Below the pieces are notes generated by a model, which ran no database searches, was not told the DNA's origin, and saw only the letters and a list, made by a program, of their open reading frames with translations. A stretch of 64,000 nt of DNA, from contig CM052817.1 in assembly GCA_028534125.1 (NCBI GenBank), forward strand, positions 560,001 to 624,000. The letters are read 5' to 3'. The stretch comes from Lama glama (lineage: Eukaryota). The translations under genes were made by a program, and so were the position numbers. Shown one piece after another: positions 54,361 to 64,000 of the stretch (position 1 is the stretch's first letter; the number at the start of each line of letters is the position of its first letter).

Positions 54361-55667
54361 ATGGCACACTTTATGGTCCAAGACATCGGGGCTGAGAAAC
54401 CATGGTCTGGTCACCACCCACCCATTGGTTTGGTTCCTGGCTCGCATGACCTCCTAACCTATTTCTCCTCTTGTGACCTGGCCTCCACGTGTCCACCAGC
54501 CTAGCCACTGCACCTCGAGTCACAGTGTGTCCCCCACTCCATACACCTTTCCAGTTCATTCAGTGCTATCCACCTTGGGCCTCTGACAAGTTGGGTCCCG
54601 TGCTGGGTCTGGGAGCAGCAGTGAGCAGTATCGGAGCCCCAGCCAGTCACCCAGGGAGGGCAGGTGGTGACCACTGGACACAGCTTGTGGGAGGAACGTC
54701 AGTCAGGAGGGCGGCTGGGCAGTGGTGACTGGGAAGGCCGGGGAAGTGAGAAGGTGCCCTTCTCTGACTCTGAGGACAGCGGGGGGGGGGGGTGCTGGGT
54801 GGTCGCTGGGAGGAACCAGGGGGTGAGGAGTACAGGGTTGTGAGAGGGTGGAACCAACCGCACTTCCAGAAGGGGCTCTGAGGGTGCAGGGAGGGGCCGA
54901 TCGGTACACAGAGGGCGCTTAGTCGATGAATTCACTGAAGTCGTCCCTACCCAGCCCCATCAGCCACACTCACAGCGCCTGCGGGGCCGCGTGAGCGGGT
55001 CGCGAGGGCATGAAGGGGGGCGGTGGGGCGGCGTAATGAGCTTAATTGAGGTTAATGCCTCTTGCGCGGCTCCCTGATTATTAAATTATTATTATCACAT
55101 GCATGAATCATAATTAGAAGTTTGAGTAACGCTCAGGGGAAGCCTCGGAGCAGCGCAGTGGCCTTTGGTCTGGGCAGCGTCCGCGGGGAAAGGGTGTTGT
55201 GTGCGCAGGAAGGGCGATATGCGTGCCGTGGGGGCGCGGTCTGCTGCCGGGTGCGGGAGAAGGGGGCGTGGGTGTGTCCGCGGGGGGCGCGAGTCGAGGG
55301 CTGCGGCGGCGCGATCACACGGCAGGACCGGAGATTGAGGGTGATGGGACCCTCCCCCGCCCCGCCCCGCAGGGCTCCCCAACCGCCGAACTGCGTCACC
55401 TTGGGGGCTGTTTGTGTGAGGGTCCCCTTCAGCAGCTGCCCTCCTGCCCCCAAGCAGGGCGGTACCTGGTGTCGGGGGCCCGCTTTGGGGTGACCCAGCA
55501 GGGAGGGGCTCATGGTCTCTGTTCCCTCCTCTCCCGAGGCCCCCTGCCTACGTTTGCAACTGCACCCTCTTCCAAGTGCCCTCACCCGAAGGATTCTTTG
55601 TGACCCCCGCCATGCTACGTACGCACCCAAGAGGCCAGGAGGCCCTCAGCGATCTAAGTTGGTTGAG

Positions 55668-55850
55668 GATGTGTGTGTCCGTGTCCTCCACTTGCAGGTG
55701 TCATTGTGTCCATCTACACAAGTGTCCACCCCTGTGTGTGTCTGGGTGTCCACGCGTCTGTGTGTGTCCGTCTGTGGTGTGTGACTGTGTGTGTGGGTGC
55801 CCAGTAGGTCTGTGTGTGTGTGTCTGGGTGTATTCGTGTGTGTGTCTGTG
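55668..55850 (+). repeat. Degenerate (TG)n-rich simple repeat
   Basis: Interrupted GTGTGT tracts. Confidence 0.85.
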
Positions 55851-58800
55851 CAGGGATCCGCACCCAGCATGGGTCTAACTCTCACCGCTGTGACCTGTGT
55901 GCCTGCCAGTGGGTTTTGGGGAGTCTTTGGAGTGCAGGTTGGGTGGAGCCCGCCCTGAAGGGGCCAAGATGCAGCACGTGTGTCTTGTCTGCGTGTGTGA
56001 TTCAAACCCTTCCCCCTGCACAGCTTTGCCAGGAGAACCCCCACCAGAAGACGTGCTGGGGGCAGGGAGAAGGAGTCCGGGTCGTGGGGGGAGGGGAGGG
56101 GACGGAGACAAATCAGCCCCGCCTCCCCTGACCGGAGAGCGGCCCCTCCCCCGCCCACACCCCTCTCTACTTCTCTATTTATTTTCTTCTCTGTGGCTGA
56201 AACATATTGAAGGGGGAGGAAAAGGAAACATTAAGATCCACTGTGAGCTGCGCGGCGGTTTAACGATTTCAAATGAGCCCCGGCTTGGGTGAGGACCTGA
56301 CAATTCGCCGTCAGGATGGCAGATGACGGCTAAAATTACCCGGAATCAATATTCTCACCGGGTGTCCCGGGCTGATAAGCGCTGCCAAGACAATGTTGAC
56401 TATTAAAGTCGACAGCTTGAGATATTACACTATTAGTTATGCTATTTTTAATAATCTATAATATTTGGGCTATAATTAATTAATTATACGGGTCAGATAA
56501 TATCTAGGGCTGGAATGAGGTCTGAAGGACCTATTACCGTGGTAATGAGAAAGGAGAAATCTAATCTGGGGACAGGTGCTGCGAGGGCCCCGCGTGCAGG
56601 CCTAGGACACTGCCGCCCGCCTCGCGGCCTCCCCCCGGCAGCCTAGGCCCCCGACCTGGCCCAGCACAGCCCGGCTCCCTCCGAACCAGGGGTTGGTGGC
56701 GTCACGTGCTGTGGGGCTGCTGTGAGGTGGGTCTCTGCCTCTGAGCAGCTGGGGGAGGAGGGGAAGGTCTGTGCGTCCTGCAGAGATGTCCTGGTCCCTG
56801 GCCAACCCCTCTGCCTCCCTGTCTCTCTGACTGGAGATCCCTGCTTCGAGATGCTCAGAGCCTGGATGGAAGGCTTCGTCTCAGGCCATCCAACGTTGCC
56901 CCAACACAGAGGACAAAACCCAAGCCTGTTGCCTCAGCCTGAGAGGACTTCAGCTATTCAACCCACCCCTCTCCTCTCCTTTCCCTGGGCTACCATACCC
57001 CTGTCAGGAGGACTTTCTGCTGCTGCCCCAGGGCCTTTGCACTGGCTGTTACCTTGTTTAGATTTCCAGTGGCACCTCCCTGAAGGCCTTGTCTCAACTC
57101 CTCCCCCATGACAGCCCCAAACAGTGATTACTCGTTTGCTAGTGGAACAGAGGAATGACAGGCTGGTTGGTGCTGCTCCGGAGTGAGGTGCCTCAGCGTG
57201 GGAATGGTCATCCTGAGCAACGAGGGCTGGCAGGGTGCCTCCCCCTCCACCCCAGCGCTCAGTGATGCCACTCCTTCTCCTCGGCCATCTTCTTGCTGCA
57301 GGAGGCAGCCCTTTCCCCCACTGGGATCCTTCCCCAAGACCACAGTGTGAGCTGGTTCTCAGCAGTCAGGCCCTGAGAGCGTGGGGCTGGGGGGTTAGGA
57401 GCCACCTTAGGTGGGCTCCTCTCGTTCCGTCTGCACCTCCCAGTGGCCCTGGGCCTCGGAGGAGCCTGGGGACCTGACCCTCTGTGGCCTTCCTGACAGG
57501 GCGAGGGTCCCTGCAAGGCTGTCACCCTTCACAGCTCGTGTGTCCCCTCCCCTGTCAGTCAGCCACCTGGCTGGCCCTCTGTCCTGATGGCCTTGTTCTG
57601 TCCCCACCTCCTCATGGCCAGGCTGCCCGCTGTACTGGGCACACTGTCTGCAGGGATTTTAAAACACTAATAGAACCAGCTAACAGGCTGTCTGTTTCCT
57701 GTTCTCACAAGATCTGCGATTCTAAGTAATGGTGGCGGTATATTCCTACCAGGAAAAAAATGTTGTCGGTCCAAGTTCTAGACAGTGGCTGTGGTTGCTG
57801 GAGAGCTGGTGGAGGTGTCTAAACTTCCATCTCCACATTTGTCAGCTTCTCTGGCCGGGGGTGAGTACAGTGTCTGCTTCAGGCCTCGCCTGTCTCCGCC
57901 CTGCGTTCTGCTTGAGCCCACGTGTCAACAGCAGGCCCCAGAGACAAAGAGACGGAGACGCAGACTGTGTCACCTCATCTGTGTTGATCTGGGCACCGAC
58001 CCCACAGCCCCTTGTGCGGACTCCGCGGGGCATTCGTCCTGTGCCTTTGCCCATCAAAAAGGCATCGGTGTCTGGTGCGCTGTGACATCCTGCCCTGGAC
58101 CCTGGAGCCAGGAAAGGACACAAGTGGGAGAACGGTGGGGAAACCTGATTTGCTTCTCCTTAACATCTCCCAGCACTGGGGTCTCAGCGGCCTGGCAGCA
58201 GTGGCCCCACGGCGGGCGGGGGGCGCCAGCCAGAGCTCTCTGTCCACTCTGCAACTCTTCGTCAGATCTAAAACTATTCCCAGATAAAAAGCTTAGGAAA
58301 CTATGTTCCTGTGATCTAAAAGTACCAACTCGTTCCCTTTTCCCTGTTTTTTGCATGGTAATATTTAGTTAGGTTTTTTTTGCTGATAAAAATTCAATAA
58401 AAGAAAATCCTCAACTTTGGCATTCAGTGTTGGTTGCTTCACTCCTGCTGAGGGTGGGAAAGAGCTGTGTTCACGTGCTCGTGGTCTCGAATACTGTGGG
58501 CCGACCCCGGTGGCCACCTCACTCTTCAGCCCCCGTGCAGACATCCTGTTGTCTCCCCCGGGGTCCTCCCTGCCCCCATTCTGGCACCCTCTGCCATCTC
58601 TAGGACAGCACAGGTAAGCCTTTGGCCATCTCTCCTCCCTTGTCACAGCGGATCTGGGAACAGCTCAAGGCACTGCAAGCAGAGAAGCTGGCGGCACCCC
58701 CAGGTCCCCTAGGTGGAGGCCGGTGGGGCGAAGGGGCAAGAGCCCTGTTTAGGAGGCTGCAGTCCCAGCTGTAAGAAGGGAGTCCTCTGGCTCCCTGTAG

Positions 58801-59589
58801 CCCTGGCCTGGCCGTGCTTTGGGTGCCAGGAAGGAGTCTGCCAGCACAGAGATCCCTTCTGCCACAGAGGTGACACAGAGGTGCAGAAGTCCAGAGAAGC
58901 CACAACACCGCCTGCAATCCTGCAGCGCAGCCCTGGCCCCGCTCAGTCCCATCCGTTTCCCTCTCAACTAGTTTTCTGCCTTTTGGAAACACAGGCATCA
59001 GTGCCATATGTACAGCTTTGGGGGCGGCTCTCCTACCCCATTACGTCACAGGCTCTCCCGCGTCTCAGAGCAGTGCAGTGCCACCCCTGTGAGGCAGGGT
59101 CCACCCTCGGGTCGCCTTGGGGCGCTGGGCATGCGGTGCGGGCTCTGGTTTAGGTCTGATCCCCTCTTTAAGAGAGAACAGACTGAGTTGCAGGGTTACC
59201 AGGAAGGAAGGGGCCGGTGCTTCCAGCGAGGTTCAGCTTGGCCCCGAGCTCCCAGGCAAGGCTGGCAGATTGCGTCTTGCTGTGACTTTCGTTTCTGCAG
59301 ACGCTGGTGAGGATGCCGGTCACGTGTGGGTCTCCCCTTTTGTGAAATGCTTTCGTCCCTTTACTATTTGTTCGCTCTTGGGGTTGTTTTGTTATAATAG
59401 ATTTTAAAATTCTTTATTATAAAGTATTTCAAACATACACAAAAATCCAGAGAAGAGTAAAATCAGCCCCTCAGATTCAACAATGATCCACGTTTTGTCA
59501 CCAGGATTTCATCCACTCGCAGCCACACTTTTCTTTCTGTTATATTTTAAAGCCTATCTCCAGACAGCAAGTTCCAGACACCCGGAACA

Positions 59590-61260
59590 CTTCAGGCAAG
59601 AAAAACAAACCAAAAAAGGGTATCCAGATTGGGACGGGAAAACGAAACTGCCCTAAGTTTAGAGGACATGGGGACCCGTGCAGGGAATCCCGCCGGCCCT
59701 GCGAGTGTCCCCATGACTCGGGAGTCAGGCGGGCCAGAGGACAAGACCTGAAAAAGTCAATCACGTTTCTACCTACCGGCCTCGGTAACTAGCACGGAAA
59801 TTTACAGAACTTCATGGCCACTCTCGATTCCAGAGCTCCCTTCTGATCCTGACCTCCGTCGTGAACAAACATCGCGTCTGCTGAGACGATCACGTGGTGT
59901 TTGTTGTCTGTCCTTGCAGCGGGTCACAACTGGTGCTGCAGTGTTGAACACTGCATTCTCAGGATGAAGCCGCTTGGTCACAATGTTTTTGTTCTTTCTA
60001 TATGTGGCTGAATTAGATTTGCTAATATTTTGTGGAAGGTCTTGTCTTACCTGGTTCTGTCTCTGTCTGCTGTTGGAATTTGGGTAACGCTGACCTCGCG
60101 AAGTGAGAAAGTGTCTTCTATTTTCTCTAAGATTGTGTAGAACTTGGGTTGTTTTTATCTTCACATATTTCGTAGGATTTGCCAGGGAAACCACCTGGGT
60201 TTGGAGTTTCCTTTTTTGAAGGTTATTAATTATGAATTCGGTTGTTTTAGCAGGTAGATATTCAGGTTATTAGCTCTTGGGTGCGTTTTGATAGTTTGTG
60301 GATTTCAAGAAATTGATCCATTTGTCAAATCTCTCTTTTCCTTTCCAGGCTGGTTAGAGATTAACCAATCTAATCGCCTTTTTCCAGAGAACCAGTTCTC
60401 AATTTCGCTGACTTTATACAAGGCTTTCTGTTCTCAGTTTCGTTGGTCTGGGCTCCGTCTCTGTTTCTCCCTTTCTTCCGGTTGCTTTGGGTTCTGTTGC
60501 TCTGGTTCTTCTGGTTTCCTAAGGGGAAGGCGATCTTTCTTCTTTTCCAATATGAACACTTAGTGCTATGCATTTCCCTCGAAGTACTGCTTTAACTGCA
60601 ATCCACAAACAATTTTGACATTTAAAAATTTTCATTTTCACTTAGTTCAAAATGTTTTCTAACTCCCCTTGAGATTTCTTCTTTGATCCATGGATTATTC
60701 AAATGTTCGTCGACCTCTGAGCATCGGGGGTTAAAGACATCTTACTGTTACTGATTTCTAGTTTAATTCCATTGCAGTCAAGAACATACCTTATATAAGT
60801 TGAATCCTTTTAAATCTCTTAGGTTGATTTTATAACCAAAATCTGATGGTCTCTCTGGAGAATGTCCCGTGTGCATTTGAACAGAACAGGTATCCTACTG
60901 TCGTTGAATGGGTGTTGTCCTATGAGGTCATCTAGGAACGTGGGTGGACAGTGATGTGCAGTCCTTCTATCTCCTTGCTGACAGTCCGCCTGCGTTTTCT
61001 GTCTGTGCTCTGAGAGGCTGGTCGAGGTCCCAGCCATAGCTGTGGGTTTGCTATTTCTCCTTCCATCTCTATCAGGTTTTGCTCTGTGTGTTTTGAAGGC
61101 CTGTTGTTAGGCGATGGCTCTTTCATGTCCTGGTTAATTGGTTTACAGTTATGTCATGTCTCTATTGACCCCTAGTAATTCTCCTCCATCCAATGTTTTT
61201 GTAGCCACTTCAGCTTCTTCACCAGTGTTTCCACGTGATGTCCTTTTACGTTCTGTAACT
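59590..61260 (-). mobile_element. Old LINE-1 ORF2 fragments (mostly antisense; 59590-59810 sense)
   Basis: Minus peptides with endonuclease/RT-region resemblance (VSKEIEGL, QNLIEMEGEI); sense piece AAAGGGTATCCAGATTGG. Confidence 0.75.
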
Positions 61261-61264
61261 TTTC

Positions 61265-62372
61265 CTCCTCTAGTTTTTTTGAGCTGTAATTGGCGTACAA
61301 CACTGTATATGCTTGTGTACTGCATAATGATCTGATTTATATGCATCATGAAGTGATTATCGCAGTAAGTTTAGTGAACATCCATCATATCATATGGATA
61401 CAAAATCAAATAAATAGAAAAAACTTCCCCACCATTTCCTCAGTGGCTGCACCAACTTACACTCCCAGCAACAGTGCACCACGGGGGCTGGCCAAGGGGT
61501 CTGAGGCGTCTTGGAGCTGGCACCAGCCTGCTGGTGGGTGGGGCCAGGGCTCGGGGGTTCCTGGGCTAGCGCTGGCTCACCTGTGGGCAGAGCCAGGTCC
61601 CACGGTCTCTGGCTGCAGGGGCCTGGGTCCCGGGACTGTGCCCGCCCCCTGGTGGGTGAGGGCAGGTCCTGGGCCCTCTGGTGGACGGGGCTATGTCCGG
61701 GGGGGCTGTGAGATCAGGGGTCTTGAGGCATCTGGCCTGTTGGTTGGTGGGTCTGGGTCCTAGTGCTAATGATCTAGATGGACACTTGCCAGCACCAGTG
61801 TCCACATGGTGAACAGCTCCCAGGAAAGGCCACTGCCAGTGTCTGTGTCCCCGGGCAAGCTCCAGTTGCCTTCTCCCTCTCCGGAGATGCTCCAAGATCA
61901 GCAAATGGGTCTGACCTGGGCTCCTTTCAAATGGCTGCTTCTGCCTCGCATCCAGGAGTGTGTGAGACTTTGTGTGGCCCTCTGAGAGTGGTGTCCCTGA
62001 TTGCCATGGCCCTCTGGGTCTCCCAAAAGTCAGCCCTGCTGCCTTCAAAGCCAAACAAACGTTCTGGGGGCTCGTCTTCCCAGCGCCGGACCCCTGGCCT
62101 GGGGAGCCCGAAGTGAGGCGCAGACTGGTGGCTCCCTAGGGAGAACCTGTGCAGCTGTCATCACCCTCCGTCTCTGACCGCGCTGTGTCCCCACTCCTCC
62201 CACGTGTCTTGCTGCGGTCCCTGCGGTCCGTCTTTAATTGTAGAAGGTTGTTTCTGCTGGTCTTCTGGTCTTCCTCGTCAACAGCTGCCCTGTAAGCAGC
62301 TGTGCTTTTGCTGTGCCCGTGGGCGGAGGTGAGCTCAGGGTCTCCCCGCTCCTCCACCTTGGCCGCTCCTCT
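61265..62372 (-). mobile_element. Internally deleted LINE-1 (5'UTR joined to short ORF2-end piece and 3'UTR)
   Basis: Minus strand starts CCAAGGTGGAGGAG..GACCCTGAGCTCACCTCC (laurasiatherian L1 5' end), GC-rich 5'UTR to ~61480, about 60 bp ORF2 end, then 3'UTR and A-rich tail at ~61270. Confidence 0.75.
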
Positions 62373-62379
62373 CACACCC

Positions 62380-64000
62380 TTCACCTTTTAATTTAACCAC
62401 ACAGCTATAGGCAAAGGGAATTTTGTGCAGACAGTGTGTAGTTGGATTTTTCTCAATCCAGTGTAAAAATCTCTGCCTTTAATTGATGGTCTTTTAATGG
62501 ATGGTTTAGATATTCACATTGAATGTAATTATTTACATATTTGGATTCAGGGCTAACACTTTATTATTCCTGCATGTTCATCTCGTCTTTATTCCTCTGT
62601 TGTCCATTTCCTTTATGATTACTTATATTTTTTTAGTACCTCACCTTATCTCCTGGGTTTTTTTTTTCACTACATCACCCTGTATACTTATTTTTTTACT
62701 GATTGCTCTGGAGATTATAATCTAGACACTGGACTTCTCACAGGCTATTTAGAATCAACATTTCCCCTTCAAGTGGGACGTAGACAGGTAGCACCGAACC
62801 GCCTCGGTCCTCCCTCTGCGGCTGTGGCCGCCGTTGCCTCAGCACTGCCTCCTCACGCAGCCCCGTCCCCTCTGGCGGCGCCACAGCTCTCACTCTCGAC
62901 TACCACACACGCTCTAAAGAAGTGAGAAGGGAAACACAGCATTTCACCCGGACATTATGATTTCCATCCCTTCGTCCCTGAAGTTCAAGCTTCCCTGCTG
63001 GTGCCACCTTCACCCTGGCTGCAGAGGCCCCTTCAGCGCTTCTTTTACAGCGGGCTTCCCGCTGGCAAACGCTGCTCGTTTTCCTTCCTCTGAGAATGTC
63101 TTTCTTTTGCCTTAATTCCTGAAGGACATTTTTGCTGGTTATGGAATCCTGGGTGAACAGTTCATCTCTTCTTCCACTGCCTCTTGTCTCCGTGGTCTCT
63201 GGCAGGACATCTGCAGGCCCTTCTCTGCTTGTTTCCGCGTGTGTAAGTCTCTTCCTCTGCCTGCTCACAAGGCGTTTTCTTCGTCTTTGCCTTTGAGTCG
63301 TTTGATGGTATTTCTGGATGTGGATTTGAGCGGACCGTCTTTGGAGCTCACTGAGCTTCTCGAACCTGTAAATGTGTGTCTTTTAGCAGATTTTGGAGGT
63401 TTGGAGCCACTCTTTCTTCAAAAACCTTTCTGCACACTTTCTCTCTTCCTTCAGGGACTCTGTTGTGGCGCATGTCAGCTCTTCGTCCCTTTCTGTTGCC
63501 CGGTAGGCGTCCATTGTGTGGGCACATCCCATTTCGTTTACCCAGTCACCAGTCTGTGGACATTCATTTAGCCTCAGCTTCATGGCTGTGTGAGCAATGC
63601 TGCTGTGAACACGTGCGAATGAGGTTCGTTTCTCTTGGGCGTCCACCTTGGGGGGGCTGTTGAGCTGTAAGGCAGCTCTGCTTTAACCATTTGAGGGACT
63701 GCCAGACTGCTCTGAGAGTGGCAGCACCGTCTTACGTTCCCTGCAGCCCTGTGTGAGGGTCCAAGGCCTCCGTGCCTTTGTCAGCTCTTGCTGTTCTCTG
63801 ACTTTCTGATTCTAGCCATTCTAGTGGGTGTGCAAGGATGCTTTATTGTGGTTTTAGCTTGCATCTCTAGGGACCAATGACACTGAGCATCTTTTTCGTG
63901 TGTTTATTGGCCATTTGTACATGTTCCTTAGAAAAGTTTCTATTCAGATTGCTTGCCCATTTTTAAACAGTTGTTTGGTCTTTGTATTACTGAATTTTAA
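62380..64000 (-). mobile_element. Old LINE-1 fragments (L1M ORF1-region and L1MB-like 3' end)
   Basis: T-rich; TCTAGCCATTCTAGTGGGTGTG, TTTATTGGCCATTTGTA motifs; runs off window end. Confidence 0.8.

Noticed and set aside
55576..55878. Cys/Val-rich ORFs resembling metal-binding or CRIPAK-like proteins
   Set aside because: Translation of degenerate (TG)n repeat.

Overview
GC-rich mammalian genomic DNA, not microbial. The L1 repertoire and the absence of recognisable Alu, Bov-tA, PRE-1 or Can-SINEs tentatively suggest a camelid or other laurasiatherian. The window holds (i) a probable 3' end of an upstream + strand gene (poly(A) signal at 658; MAEA by recalled synteny), (ii) the complete UVSSA gene on + (CpG-island promoter ~6.8-8.2 kb; 13 coding exons 8340-30255, all introns GT-AG and phase-consistent; 2070 nt, 689 aa), (iii) a nested LINE-1/Tigger/microsatellite block at 30.8-37.6 kb, (iv) the convergent two-exon homeobox gene NKX1-1 on - (47417-43933; 445 aa), and (v) upstream regulatory DNA followed by an L1-rich end. 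Almost all other ORFs in the track are GC-rich or repeat-derived noise. The most interesting unannotated structure is regulatory. Homeobox/SOX/TCF-motif-dense AT-rich islands and an intragenic CpG island lie inside UVSSA introns and around NKX1-1, bracketed by convergent CTCF-like motifs, and there is a tandem near-consensus REST/RE1 pair, a strong-Kozak uORF in NKX1-1, a candidate poison exon in UVSSA and a possible L1-derived UVSSA poly(A) site. I see no evidence of a novel protein-coding system. All regulatory claims are motif-level inferences that need testing.
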